A stretch of 64,000 bases of DNA from an uncultured Desulfobacter sp. (GTDB taxonomy: Bacteria > Desulfobacterota > Desulfobacteria > Desulfobacterales > Desulfobacteraceae): the NCBI GenBank assembly GCA_963665095.1, contig OY762069.1, positions 6,464,001-6,528,000 of the forward strand, written 5' to 3'. Shown here piece by piece: positions 30,277 through 40,552 of this stretch. The notes under the pieces are model-generated. The model had not been told where the DNA came from, made no database searches, and saw nothing but the letters and a program-made list of their open reading frames with translations. Made by a program: the position numbers and the translations under genes. Numbering within the stretch: the stretch's first letter is position 1; each line of letters opens with the position of its first letter.

Positions 30277-30594
30277 ATGTTTACAAGACCCTTGAGTTCA
30301 GACTTACCGTCAACCATTGACGAGGCAGTCAGTATACTTCTGGCTGATTTGAGAATACTTGACAGGACCCGGATGGGTTCCATGACAGACGAAGAGCTAA
30401 ATCTGGTTAATAAGGTGGTTGGATATCAGATTACCAAAGATTTCAGATTGTGGAGCGGCAATGAGCTGCTGCTGCATGAATGTCTTGAAGCTATTGAGAA
30501 TGGTGACACGGATGATGCCGACCCCACAAATGTCATTATTCACGCCATGTGGCAGAAATTACAGGAAACCCATGTGCTCAGACTGGTAAAATGA
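30277..30594 (+). CDS. Small hypothetical protein (DUF6794-like)
   Basis: PSTIDEAVSILL...FRLWSGNELLL...VIIHAMWQKL pattern recalled for this DUF; RBS-like AGGTAG and promoter upstream. Confidence 0.65.
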   Translation: MFTRPLSSDLPSTIDEAVSILLADLRILDRTRMGSMTDEELNLVNKVVGYQITKDFRLWSGNELLLHECLEAIENGDTDDADPTNVIIHAMWQKLQETHVLRLVK

Positions 30595-30613
30595 CCTGAT
30601 CCGGCCGTAAGGG

Positions 30614-31582
30614 TCAGGCGGATGGCGGAAACCTGTCATCAATGGATGCCATGGCATCATCGGCAGCATCTTTAAGATCTTCATGGTTGAGAAGAGCCAG
30701 TTGTGCGGTGATCCAGTCCCGGGTGGCAGGGGTGCCCATCTCCCCCAGTGCATAAAGAATATCTCCCTGAACGGGGACGGGCTGGGTGGGGAAGGCATCC
30801 GTTAATATTTTTTCCAGGGCGGCACACAGGTCCGGGGCCTCTCCGGCCAGGGCTTCCACCACCACCATGGCCCCGAGCCTTACTGACCATGTGTCGTGAA
30901 GCAGCAGGCCGGCAAAGCCTTTGAACAGGCGATCCTTTGATACCATCTGCTCTGTGAGCCACTCTGCACGGCCCTCTTCGAGGATGGTTTTCAAAGCCGG
31001 GGTGTCAAGGTCCATGCTGCCCCGGTGTATGATCATGTCCAGCACCTCTTCGGCCGATACGGCACCGGTCCACCGGATGTCATCATCCAGGATCAGGCAG
31101 GGGGCAGACATGACCTTGTCTGCCTGCGCCTTTTCCGGGAAGACAGAGCCATCAATGATGTGCAGATGGATTTTGTCACAGGCGGCGGCCAGGGGAATAA
31201 GCGTCTCCACCATGGCCGGGCAGTGGGGACATTGCAGGGCAATGTAAAGGGTGAGCCGGCAGTCTGCATCTATCTGGCTTAAGGCCTCTTTGATCCCGGC
31301 AGGTATTTCCGGGACCTCAAGGCTGTCCAGCCCTTTTAAAAAAGGCGCCAGTTCCCGTTCCAGGGGAAGTGCAGAATACAGAATGTTGGATTTAAGGATA
31401 AACCCGGGCAAAGCGGCGGGTGACTCCTTGATCTCCCACTGGACGGCCGAAGAAATTTCTTTCCATTGTTTAGAAAAATCCATAAAAGTCCGCTGCTCCG
31501 GATGATCGGAGTCGGCAATGCCGATGACAGGGGTGCAGGCAGGTGTCCATGATGTGATTTTTTCCTTGGCTGTATTATTCAT
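30614..31582 (-). CDS. Thioredoxin-like (AhpF-NTD-like) protein with C-terminal HEAT repeats
   Basis: CPHCP, VMSAPCLIL cis-Pro loop; WSVRLGAMVVVEAL and VQGDILYALGEMG HEAT-like helices. Confidence 0.78.
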   Translation of the reverse strand: MNNTAKEKITSWTPACTPVIGIADSDHPEQRTFMDFSKQWKEISSAVQWEIKESPAALPGFILKSNILYSALPLERELAPFLKGLDSLEVPEIPAGIKEALSQIDADCRLTLYIALQCPHCPAMVETLIPLAAACDKIHLHIIDGSVFPEKAQADKVMSAPCLILDDDIRWTGAVSAEEVLDMIIHRGSMDLDTPALKTILEEGRAEWLTEQMVSKDRLFKGFAGLLLHDTWSVRLGAMVVVEALAGEAPDLCAALEKILTDAFPTQPVPVQGDILYALGEMGTPATRDWITAQLALLNHEDLKDAADDAMASIDDRFPPSA

Positions 31583-31749
31583 ATGTGCTCTCCTGGCTGG
31601 TGGTTTTATAAAAATTTCAGGCCCGAATGCATGTGAAATCGGTAAACCTGTTTGTGATTCTTTTATCAGAAACCCGCTTTTAAATTAAGGGCAAATCATG
31701 TACATAAATGCCTGACACATTTCCGACAGATACTATTGGGGCAGAACTC

Positions 31750-34700
31750 ATGAAATATATAGCGGACCTTCATATTCATTCAAAATTTTCCCGGGCCACG
31801 GCCAAAAATCTGGATCTGGAGCATGTGTACCAGGCTGCCCGGATCAAGGGGCTGACCCTGGTGGGTACCGGAGATTTTACCCATCCTGCCTGGATGGCGG
31901 AGCTTGAAACCAAGCTGGAGCCGGCGGAACCGGGACTGTTTACCCTGAAAAAAGAGATTGCCCGTGAGGTTGACGCCACTGTGCCCGGGTCATGCAGCGG
32001 AACGGTCAGATTTATTCTCCAGGCGGAGATTTCCAACATTTATAAAAAGGACGACCGGGTTCGTAAAAATCATAATCTGATCTATCTGCCGGATCTGGAT
32101 ACGGCCAGGCAATTTAATGCCCGGCTGGATGCCATCGGCAATATCAAGTCGGATGGCCGGCCGATTCTTGGGCTGGACGCCCGGGATCTTCTGGAGATCA
32201 TGCTGGACACCTCTGATGCCGGTTTTTTTGTGCCGGCCCATATCTGGACACCGTGGTTTTCCATGTTTGGCTCCAAATCAGGATTTGACACCATTGAGGA
32301 ATGTTTTGAAGATTTAAGTGCCCATATATTTGCCTGTGAAACAGGGCTGTCATCAGACCCGCCCATGAACTGGCGGGTGAAAAACCTGGACCGGGTCCGG
32401 CTGATATCCAATTCAGATGCCCACTCCCCCGGATTCCTGGGCCGCAACGCCTCGGTGTTTAATACGGATCTCTCCTTTGATGCGGTGAGAAACGCGTTGG
32501 AAACCAATGACCCTGACGCCTATCAGGGCACTTTGGATATGCATCCCCACCAGGGAAAGTACCATTATGACGGCCACCGCAAATGCGGGGTCTGCCTTAA
32601 CCCAGACGATACGGCTGCCTTGGGCGGCATCTGCCCGGAATGTGGAAAACCTTTGACCCTTGGTGTGCTTTACCGGGTACGGGAACTTGCCAACCGGCCA
32701 GAAGGATACGATCCCGGTGACCGCCATCCCTATCGGTATATCGTGCCCCTGGCGGATATTCTGTCCGAGATTTTTGAGGTGGGGCCCAAGACCAAAAAGG
32801 TGACAGGTTACTACGACAAGGCCATCGAAGCCCTGGGATCGGAGCTTTCCATTCTTACTCAGATGCCTGTTGACACCATTGAGACGGCAGGCGTACCGTT
32901 GCTGGCACAGGCCATTGAAAAGATGCGTGCCGGCGATCTCAATATTGACCCCGGTTATGACGGGGAATATGGCAAAGTAAATATTTTTACCAGGGAAGAA
33001 AAAGCCCGGATTCAAGGGGAAAACAATCTGTTCCCAATGTCGTCGGGTCGCAAAAAAGCTAAGCAGTCCGGTCGGACGGCAATAAAGAAAAAAAAAGGCA
33101 GCCAGGTCCTGGAGAAAAAGGCTCCGGAAAAAAAGAACCTGCCGGAACCCCGTGTACCTGAACATATTCTGGACGGGCTGAATCCGGAACAGGAAGCCGC
33201 CGTGACTTCCAATTCAAAGGCCATTGTCATCCAGGCCGGACCCGGTACCGGAAAAACCAGAACGCTTACAGCCCGTATTGCCTGGCTGCTCAGCGAAAGA
33301 ACAGTGCCCCCAGATCAGATTCTGGCCCTGACTTTCACCAATAAAGCTGCCAGGGAGCTTTCAGACCGAATTGAATCCTTTATCCCTGAGGGCGGCGAAC
33401 AGGTGACGGCAGCGACTTTTCACGGGTTCTGTCTGAATATGCTCAAGGAGTATGCCGGGTTTGACCGGGGGCTGATGGAAGATGACCTCCGCCTGGAGAT
33501 GGTGGGCCTGGCAACTGAAGAGGTGCTGGGCTGCAAAAAACTGCCCGGCAAGGTGTTGAAAAAAATTGATGCCTGGATCAGCCGCTGCAAACAGCAGCTT
33601 TGGGGACCGGAAGATGAGGCCTTGAAAGAAACGCAAAATCCAGAGGGCCTGGAAGACCTGGCCGGTGATCTTAAAGACATTTACCGGGCCTATGATCGGA
33701 TACTGGAAAGAGACGGCCTGGCTGATTTTGAAGATTTGATTTTTATCTGCTATGGCATGTTTTCAGGGGATACCGCACTGCTTGCACATATACGGGGCCG
33801 GTTTAAGTATATGTTTGTGGATGAGTACCAGGACCTGAATCTGGGCCAGTATCAGCTGGTGCGTCTGCTGGCTGCAGAGAGTTATATTTTTGTTATTGGT
33901 GACCCTGATCAGTCCATCTACGCGTTTCGGGGATCAGACAGCCGTTTTTTCAGCCGGTTTGAACAGGATTTCCCTGGAAGCGAAAAGTTCAGGCTTCGCC
34001 GTAATTACCGTTCCACCCAGACCATTCTGGATGCCTCTTTCCAGGTGATCGCCACCGGCAATGAAAAAAGAAGAGAAGACAGTAAAATTTATTCCAGCCT
34101 GGATGGCACCAAAACCATTTTAATCAGTGAAACCGCCAGTGAGAGTGCCGAAGCGGTGGCTGTGGGGAAGGTGATTGAAAAGGGGGTGGGCGGCCTCTCC
34201 TTTTTCTCCATGGACAAGGGAACAGGATCGGGTATGGACGGGACGCGGGAATATTCGTTTTCGGATTTTGCAGTGCTTTACCGGACCCGCCGGCAGGCAA
34301 ACGCTTTTGCCGGCGCCTTTGAAAAAGCAGGCATCCCCTATCAGACAGCAGACCGGGATCACTGGGCGGATATGGCAGGGATCAAAGAGATACTGGGACT
34401 GATGCGTCTTTGCCTTGCCCGTGGCAGTGCGGCTGACCGTAAATCGTTTGCCGAATTTGATTCCCTTATGGCCGGTCTGAATGGGCTTGGAAACAGCGTG
34501 GACCTGCTCCATACCCTGGCTGGATGGCTGGATATGGATGCCCGGTGTAAAAAGGACGACACATTGTCCAGCGCCTGGAACCGGCTGAAGGCCCTGGCAG
34601 GGATTTATCCTGTGCCCGGGCAGTTGCTGGATGTCCTGCGGCTGGACCAGGATCCTGATTTTCTGGATAAAGCGGTGGAGAAGGTGTCTCTTTTGACCAT

Positions 34701-35016
34701 GCATGCAGCCAAAGGCCTTGAATTCCCGGTGGTTTTTGTCACTGGTTGCGAAAACGGGATGATTCCCTTTGCCCGGGACGGCAAAACCGTGGATGATCCT
34801 GAGGAGGAGCGCCGGCTTTTCTATGTGGCCATGACCCGCGCAAAAGATGTGCTATATTTGACATATGCGAAGAAAAGACGCATATTTGGCCAGGAACAGC
34901 AACGAGAAAAATCGTGTTTTATTGATGATATTGAAAAAGAGCTGGCCCGGTATGAAAAGAGTAAAAAAACGGCTGGAAAAAAGAAACCCAGGGATATTCA
35001 GCTTGAATTGTTTTAA
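31750..35016 (+). CDS. PHP/EndoQ-like nuclease fused to UvrD/PcrA helicase
   Basis: IADLHIHSKFSRA, GTGDFTHP, SNSDAHS and Zn finger (KCGVC...CPECG); AGPGTGKT, VDEYQD, GDPDQSIYAFRG, HAAKGLEF and EERRLFYVAMTRA. Confidence 0.9.
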   Translation: MKYIADLHIHSKFSRATAKNLDLEHVYQAARIKGLTLVGTGDFTHPAWMAELETKLEPAEPGLFTLKKEIAREVDATVPGSCSGTVRFILQAEISNIYKKDDRVRKNHNLIYLPDLDTARQFNARLDAIGNIKSDGRPILGLDARDLLEIMLDTSDAGFFVPAHIWTPWFSMFGSKSGFDTIEECFEDLSAHIFACETGLSSDPPMNWRVKNLDRVRLISNSDAHSPGFLGRNASVFNTDLSFDAVRNALETNDPDAYQGTLDMHPHQGKYHYDGHRKCGVCLNPDDTAALGGICPECGKPLTLGVLYRVRELANRPEGYDPGDRHPYRYIVPLADILSEIFEVGPKTKKVTGYYDKAIEALGSELSILTQMPVDTIETAGVPLLAQAIEKMRAGDLNIDPGYDGEYGKVNIFTREEKARIQGENNLFPMSSGRKKAKQSGRTAIKKKKGSQVLEKKAPEKKNLPEPRVPEHILDGLNPEQEAAVTSNSKAIVIQAGPGTGKTRTLTARIAWLLSERTVPPDQILALTFTNKAARELSDRIESFIPEGGEQVTAATFHGFCLNMLKEYAGFDRGLMEDDLRLEMVGLATEEVLGCKKLPGKVLKKIDAWISRCKQQLWGPEDEALKETQNPEGLEDLAGDLKDIYRAYDRILERDGLADFEDLIFICYGMFSGDTALLAHIRGRFKYMFVDEYQDLNLGQYQLVRLLAAESYIFVIGDPDQSIYAFRGSDSRFFSRFEQDFPGSEKFRLRRNYRSTQTILDASFQVIATGNEKRREDSKIYSSLDGTKTILISETASESAEAVAVGKVIEKGVGGLSFFSMDKGTGSGMDGTREYSFSDFAVLYRTRRQANAFAGAFEKAGIPYQTADRDHWADMAGIKEILGLMRLCLARGSAADRKSFAEFDSLMAGLNGLGNSVDLLHTLAGWLDMDARCKKDDTLSSAWNRLKALAGIYPVPGQLLDVLRLDQDPDFLDKAVEKVSLLTMHAAKGLEFPVVFVTGCENGMIPFARDGKTVDDPEEERRLFYVAMTRAKDVLYLTYAKKRRIFGQEQQREKSCFIDDIEKELARYEKSKKTAGKKKPRDIQLELF

Positions 35017-35089
35017 AGCTGTTATTATAAGATGTGTCCCGGTGCAACATATTTAACCAACGATAATTAAATTCGAACTATTAAGATAT

Positions 35090-35494
35090 ATGGAAGAACG
35101 TACCCCTTACAGAAAACTGGATCTGGATCATGGCCACTGCCTTGAAATCTATGACGATTCCCGCAAAATCGGCGCAGATGCCTGGGTGGTGATCATGACC
35201 GCGGCAATGGAAATCCCGGTGGAGCCCTCCCTGTTTCAAACGGAAACTGTGGACGAAAATACATTTAACGATATGCTGAATACCCTTGGTTCTCCCATTG
35301 AGTATCGTTACCGGTTGGAGCGCAATATGATCTTTGATCATGAAAAAGATGCGGTTCTGGAGAATCTTGTGAATACGTTCCTGGAAAACACCGGCCGCTA
35401 TGTGGCCAACCCCAAATTTCCGGAAAAATTGGTATTAAAAGAGTACAGACAGCGCCTTGAAAAACGGAATAAGACATATCAGACCGGTAGCTGA
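35090..35494 (+). CDS. Hypothetical protein
   Basis: 134-aa co-oriented ORF with protein-like composition; no motif recognised. Confidence 0.7.
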   Translation: MEERTPYRKLDLDHGHCLEIYDDSRKIGADAWVVIMTAAMEIPVEPSLFQTETVDENTFNDMLNTLGSPIEYRYRLERNMIFDHEKDAVLENLVNTFLENTGRYVANPKFPEKLVLKEYRQRLEKRNKTYQTGS

Positions 35495-36128
35495 ACGGGC
35501 TGACAAAAAGGCTTTTGAATGCAGGTCAACCGAATGGCTCCAGGCCGCCGGCCTTGCCCTGGGGATTGCCTGCCTCCTGTTTTTTTCAGCCATATGGCCG
35601 GGAACTTCCCGGGCGGATATTTACAGGTACATTGATGCCGACGGCGTTGTCCATTTTACCAATACCCCAACGGCAAAGGGCTATACCCTGTTTCTTAAGG
35701 TGAAAGAGGGTGCCAGCAGGAAAAGATTCAACCCCGGCCCCAATGCCTACGATAATATCATCAGCAAAGCCGCCGGCCGTTTCGGCGTGGATAAGGCCCT
35801 GATCAAGGCCGTGATCCATGCGGAATCCAGTTTTGATCCCAATGCCGTATCCCGAAAAGGGGCCCGGGGATTAATGCAGATTATGCCGGAAAATGATTCC
35901 TTTCTGAATATCTCCAACCCCTTTGATCCCTCCCAGAACATCATGGGCGGCACCCGGTATCTCAAGCAGATGCTGGACCGCTATAACAAAAAGCTGGCCC
36001 TGGCCCTGGCTGCCTACAATGCAGGGCCCACGGCCGTGGACAGATATAGAAGAATCCCACCGTTTGAAGAAACCCGGAATTATGTTCAGAAAGTGATGGA
36101 TCTCTATTCAAGGTATAAACGTATTTAG
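35457..36128 (+). CDS. Lytic transglycosylase (SLT) with DUF4124-like N-domain; true start uncertain
   Basis: IYRYIDADGVVHFTN; AVIHAESSFDPNAVSRKGARGLMQ, ALAAYNAG and ETRNYV. Confidence 0.9.
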   Translation: MKNGIRHIRPVAERADKKAFECRSTEWLQAAGLALGIACLLFFSAIWPGTSRADIYRYIDADGVVHFTNTPTAKGYTLFLKVKEGASRKRFNPGPNAYDNIISKAAGRFGVDKALIKAVIHAESSFDPNAVSRKGARGLMQIMPENDSFLNISNPFDPSQNIMGGTRYLKQMLDRYNKKLALALAAYNAGPTAVDRYRRIPPFEETRNYVQKVMDLYSRYKRI

Positions 36129-36130
36129 TC

Positions 36131-37000
36131 TTATTCCTGAATTGTTTTAATGAAGTTCAGCAGTTTATCCCGCATTTCAGGACGTTCCAGTGAAAAGGCC
36201 AGATTGGCCATCTGAAATCCCACTTTGTCGCCGCAGTCAAACCGGGTGCCATTGAATTTGTATCCGAAGACAGGCTGCTCTGTCAGCAGTCCCTTCATGG
36301 CGTCGGTGAGCTGAATCTCTCCCCCGGCCCCTGTTTTTTTCTTCCCCAGATATTCCCAGATTCTGGGCGTCAGGATGTACCGGCCCACAATGGCCAGATT
36401 AGACGGCGCCTTCTCCGGTTTGGGTTTTTCCACCATATCACTGATTTTAACAATATCTTCTTCAATGGTGTCTGCTTTCAGGATACCGTACTTATCGGTC
36501 TGGTCTTTGTCAACTTCCATGACCGCAGCAATGGAGGCCCGGAACCGTTCGAATTTCTCCACCATCTCACTTAATACCGGTCTTCCCGGGGTCTGGATCA
36601 TATCATCTGCCAGAAGGACGGCAAAGGGCTCGTCTCCCACAATATCCCTGGCACACCAGATGGCATGGCCAAGCCCTAACGGCTCGTGCTGACGTGTATA
36701 TACGATGGTGCCGGTCCTTGGAACCAGTTCCTGTATCTGTTTGAGCAGATCGTCTTTTCCCTTGGCCTTCAGGGTGGTCTCCAGTTCATAACTGCGGTCA
36801 AAATGGTCTTCAAGGGCTTTTTTTCCCCGCCCTGTAACAAAAATGATCTGTTCAATGCCGGCAGCAAAGGCTTCTTCAACAGCATATTGGATAATGGGTT
36901 TGTCAACCACCGGCAGCATCTCCTTGGCCATGGCCTTGGTCGCCGGTATAAAACGGGTGCCGAGACCGGCCACCGGAAAAACCGCTTTTTTAACTTTCAT
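36131..37000 (-). CDS. galU: UTP-glucose-1-phosphate uridylyltransferase
   Basis: KAVFPVAGLGTRFIPATK..KEMLPVVDKP, LGLGHA, VEKP and GEIQLTDA; AAGGAG RBS at MKVKK. Confidence 0.96.
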   Translation of the reverse strand: MKVKKAVFPVAGLGTRFIPATKAMAKEMLPVVDKPIIQYAVEEAFAAGIEQIIFVTGRGKKALEDHFDRSYELETTLKAKGKDDLLKQIQELVPRTGTIVYTRQHEPLGLGHAIWCARDIVGDEPFAVLLADDMIQTPGRPVLSEMVEKFERFRASIAAVMEVDKDQTDKYGILKADTIEEDIVKISDMVEKPKPEKAPSNLAIVGRYILTPRIWEYLGKKKTGAGGEIQLTDAMKGLLTEQPVFGYKFNGTRFDCGDKVGFQMANLAFSLERPEMRDKLLNFIKTIQE

Positions 37001-37221
37001 AATAACTCCTTCATGTGAACAAAGCGAAAAAAATGTCCTGATATATTGGGAACCTGATATCAGTCCGCAGATTTTGTTTGTCTTCGAACAATTGCCTTCA
37101 CCGCAATTAAAATTTTTGAACTGCCTTGTTTCTAAATTAGAAATGACAGGTCTGTCAAACCTAAATTTAACCTGCAGACAGGGCATTAAGGGGTGTATCG
37201 GCTATACGCCGGGCTATCCGA

Positions 37222-37250
37222 TTGACATTATTGTGCTTTTTCAGTATAGT
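37222..37250 (+). promoter_or_regulatory. Sigma70-type promoter
   Basis: TTGACA-17 bp-TATAGT, 45 bp upstream of the YkgJ-family start. Confidence 0.65.
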
Positions 37251-37295
37251 TCGTCTCCTTTAAACGGCTTGTTACAAAATGATGAGGAATATTGA

Positions 37296-38129
37296 ATGAG
37301 TGCTGAAAATCATACCGATAAAACCGAACTTCGGGCGGAAATACCGCCGGAGCAACTGAGCCTGAACAGCAGGTTCAAATTTAAATGCCACAAGGGTGTC
37401 TCCTGTTTTACAGACTGCTGCCGGGGCATTGACATCATGCTGACCCCCTATGACATTCTGACCATGCGCAAAAAACTGGATATGGATTCTGAAAAATTTT
37501 TAGCCATATTTACCACCCCACGGCTGCTTGAAAAAGCAGACATGCCTGTGGTCACGCTCAAACTTCTGGATGATGAGCGTCAATCCTGTCCCTTTGTGGA
37601 AGACAAAGACGGATGTGTGATCTATGAAGACCGTCCCACCACCTGCCGGTACTATCCGTTAGGCGTGGGGTCTTTGAGTTATTCCGGAGAGCAGGGTGAA
37701 AAGGATGAATTCTTTTTTATGATTAAAGAGGCCCACTGTAAGGGATTTCAGGAACCTGACGAATGGACCGTGGGCGAGTGGCGGGAAGATCAGGGCGTGG
37801 ATTTGCGCGATGAGGTCAATGAAGGCTGGCTGGATCTCATGGTCCGCAAAAAATCACTGCCCCCCAGCATGCAGCTGTCCGAACAGGCCAAGCAGATGTT
37901 TTTCATGGTCTGCTATAATATTGATAAGTTTAAACGGTTTGTTTTTGAGTCCAGTTTTCTTGAAAGATATCAGATTCCTGAAAACAGGGTACAGGAGATC
38001 CGGGAGGACGATGTGAAACTACTTCAATTCGGATTTGAGTGGCTCAAGGCCTCCTTTTTTCATTCTGGGGAAGAGATGTTTAAGGCCAAAGAAAATAAAG
38101 ATAATGGCGATATGCAGGATAAGAAATAA
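37296..38129 (+). CDS. YkgJ family cysteine-cluster protein
   Basis: FKCHKGVSCFTDCC, LTPYD, CPF...GCVIYEDRPTTCRYYP. Confidence 0.88.
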   Translation: MSAENHTDKTELRAEIPPEQLSLNSRFKFKCHKGVSCFTDCCRGIDIMLTPYDILTMRKKLDMDSEKFLAIFTTPRLLEKADMPVVTLKLLDDERQSCPFVEDKDGCVIYEDRPTTCRYYPLGVGSLSYSGEQGEKDEFFFMIKEAHCKGFQEPDEWTVGEWREDQGVDLRDEVNEGWLDLMVRKKSLPPSMQLSEQAKQMFFMVCYNIDKFKRFVFESSFLERYQIPENRVQEIREDDVKLLQFGFEWLKASFFHSGEEMFKAKENKDNGDMQDKK

Positions 38130-38159
38130 ACCAATCGGTAATCGCCCTTTTAAAAAATT

Positions 38160-38206
38160 AAACCGCGCCGCCGGGGATACTTCCGGCAGGGCGCGGTTTT
38201 TATTTT
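38160..38206 (+). terminator. Intrinsic terminator
   Basis: AAACCGCGCCGCCGGGG-ATAC-TTCCGGCAGGGCGCGGTTT followed by a T tract; lies between convergent genes. Confidence 0.75.
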
Positions 38207-38305
38207 GGTAATCCGCCCCCATTTTTACCTGTCGGGCAGTGTTGGACTTAACTTTTTGGGAAAACTGCCCTGGCGTTTGTCCAGGGCCTGAATCTGAAAC
38301 TGTGT

Positions 38306-39343
38306 TTACTCATAGGAATACCACAACGCATCGTGAGCTGTCTCATCATTGAGGCGGGCATCAAGATCCAGATTGAAAAATGAGGCGGCCGGTGCCAGAA
38401 TTTCCGGGTTGTCTGTCTGTACTTTTTTCAGGGCGGCCAGGGCCATGTCAAAGCCTTGGCGGGTCATTTTTCCCAAGGGCGGGCGGCAGGGGCCGCCTGG
38501 CATGCCAAGGATCTGCATCATGGTTTTCAGGGGCAACGGATTTCTGGCCCGGCAGGTCACCGGCCCGTACTTGCTCTCTTCCTGCGTGGTTATGACCACA
38601 AGGTCCAGCAGTGGAGACAGGGCAGCCTCGATACCTGATGCTTCCTGGGTTTTTCCCTGATTCAGCAGCTCAACCATCCGGGTCATGGCGGCCGGTGCAA
38701 TGTTGGACATCACTGAAATGGCACCGCAGGCGCGGATCTGTGCATCTGTCATGATTTTGCAGGTCAGAGAATCGTCCCCGCAGAAAATATTGAAGTCGTC
38801 TCCGCAGAGTTTGCGGGTGAGCTTCATATTGTCGAGGTTGCCGGTGGCCTCCTTGACACAGGTAACATTGGGGCAGTTGTCTGCAAGGATGGCCAGATCC
38901 TGAGGCAGCATCTGTGCCCCGGTCCGTCCGGGAATAATGTAGGGAATGATGTCAATATCCGGATTGGCCTTTGCCACAACTTCATAATATTCCCGCCGGA
39001 TTTCAAGGGAGGAGGGGCCGTTGTAATAGGGATCCACCAGCAGCACACCGTCAACACCCTGTTTGCCTGCATGGGCCGTACCGGTCAACGCTTCATCGGT
39101 ATTGTTTGAGCCTGTTCCTGCGATGCATTTGCACTTGCCCTGGATCTGTTTGGCGGCCAGATCTATTACCAGATTGTGTTCTTCCCATTTAAATGTCGGG
39201 CTTTCACCTGTGGTACCTGTGACCAGAATTCCGGTGATTCCGCTTTCGATCTGAAAATCGATAATCCCGGCCAGCCCGTCCCGGTCCAGTTCTCCTGCGG
39301 GAGTGAACGGGGTGATCAGTGCGGTGTAGCATCCTTGTTTCAT
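38306..39343 (-). CDS. dapA: 4-hydroxy-tetrahydrodipicolinate synthase
   Basis: TALITPF, GTTGES, AGTGSNNT, PYYN, YIIPGRTG, KEATG and GDD. Confidence 0.9.
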   Translation of the reverse strand: MKQGCYTALITPFTPAGELDRDGLAGIIDFQIESGITGILVTGTTGESPTFKWEEHNLVIDLAAKQIQGKCKCIAGTGSNNTDEALTGTAHAGKQGVDGVLLVDPYYNGPSSLEIRREYYEVVAKANPDIDIIPYIIPGRTGAQMLPQDLAILADNCPNVTCVKEATGNLDNMKLTRKLCGDDFNIFCGDDSLTCKIMTDAQIRACGAISVMSNIAPAAMTRMVELLNQGKTQEASGIEAALSPLLDLVVITTQEESKYGPVTCRARNPLPLKTMMQILGMPGGPCRPPLGKMTRQGFDMALAALKKVQTDNPEILAPAASFFNLDLDARLNDETAHDALWYSYE

Positions 39344-39488
39344 AGTTTACAAACTCCTGAATGTTGATTATATCTCAATAATTTGACATTTTTGGTGTAC
39401 GGATAAAAGGCCTTTCTTGTAACCCTGCATATCCGGTCCTTTTCAATGGGACATTTTAATGGCACAGCGGCATGCGCCACGAAAGGTC

Positions 39489-39516
39489 TTGACACCCGAA
39501 TGAAAAAATTTATTAT
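39489..39516 (+). promoter_or_regulatory. Sigma70-type promoter for the TPR gene
   Basis: TTGACA-16 bp-TATTAT. Confidence 0.5.
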
Positions 39517-39573
39517 ATAAAAATTTTATTTAAAGACAACGATAAAGTCATAAAAGTACCAAAAGGAGTGAAT

Positions 39574-40251
39574 ATGTCCCAGCCCCAAACCAGGAAAACC
39601 CTGCCACAAAATGTCGACGAGCAGATTGCCAGGCTCAGAGAAGCACTGATTCATAATGCGGAGTGCGGTACCACCCACTATAATCTGGCAGTTGCACTGA
39701 TCGGCAAGCAGGAGTTTGCTGAAGCGGAAAAAGAGCTTCATGATGCCATTGACTGCAGTCCAACCCTGGCTGAAGCCTATGTGCAGCTTGGGGGGTTGTG
39801 CCTTCAGCGTGGGGATCTTGAGGGGTGCTACCGGTTTAATCAGCGGGCCACTAAAGCCCGGGCCGGGTTTGCCGAAGGGTACGCCAATATGGCTTTTGTC
39901 CTGCTTCAGCTGGTGGACGGCAAAAGCGCCAAAGAAGATGAGGAAAAGGTGGACAAGGCCATTAAAAATCTGAAAAAAGCCATTATCCATAATAAAAATT
40001 TCATTCAGGCCTATACCACCCTGGGCACCGCCTATTTCATGAAAGGCCTGGTGGAGGAGGGGATCAAGGCCAACCTGCAGGCCTTGTCCGTGGAACCAAA
40101 ATTTCCCATTGCCCATAACAACCTGGCTGTGGCCTATCTTGAACTCAAAGATCATAAACGCGCCATTGAACACTGTGATATCGCAGTGGATCTCGGTTTT
40201 GAAGTAAATCCTGGGTTATTGGATGAACTGGCTGCTTTTCGGCAGGATTAA
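39574..40251 (+). CDS. Tetratricopeptide repeat protein
   Basis: Repeated TPR helices (HYNLAVAL, AEAYVQLG, AYTTLGTAY, AHNNLAVAY); AAGGAG RBS. Confidence 0.9.
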   Translation: MSQPQTRKTLPQNVDEQIARLREALIHNAECGTTHYNLAVALIGKQEFAEAEKELHDAIDCSPTLAEAYVQLGGLCLQRGDLEGCYRFNQRATKARAGFAEGYANMAFVLLQLVDGKSAKEDEEKVDKAIKNLKKAIIHNKNFIQAYTTLGTAYFMKGLVEEGIKANLQALSVEPKFPIAHNNLAVAYLELKDHKRAIEHCDIAVDLGFEVNPGLLDELAAFRQD

Positions 40252-40377
40252 GGGATTTTTTCAAACACAGGTTTCCGTTTAGTTACTAATACTCACAAAA
40301 AATCAACCTGAAACAATAAAGGAAATCGGGGCTAAAAAACGTCTCAGGGTAAATCCGGATGGATTTCAGGATTTTTA

Positions 40378-40406
40378 TTGACACGGGAACGTATAAATTT
40401 TATATC
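40378..40406 (+). promoter_or_regulatory. Putative sigma70-type dsrA promoter
   Basis: TTGACA-17 bp-TATATC, about 145 bp upstream of dsrA. Confidence 0.5.
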
Positions 40407-40552
40407 AGCTAATGTTATTTTGCTTAATGTGTCCTAAGAAAGCGTTAATTTTTCACTAACGTTTTGAAATGATAGAGAAAGAATATTGATGGAAAGTTTG
40501 GAAAAATCTTTTCATTGTTGTATGTAAATCAACTTTTAACGGAGGTAAGTAA

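Noticed and set aside
37001..37186. N-terminal extensions given by the ORF track (galU; likewise the isomerase, dhaL, MalF-like permease and amidohydrolase)
   Set aside because: Family homology, and in most cases an RBS, begins at downstream ATGs.
40440..40460. Rex operator upstream of dsrA (GTTAATTTTTCAC)
   Set aside because: Only one good half-site and wrong spacing against GTGAA-N4-TTCAC.
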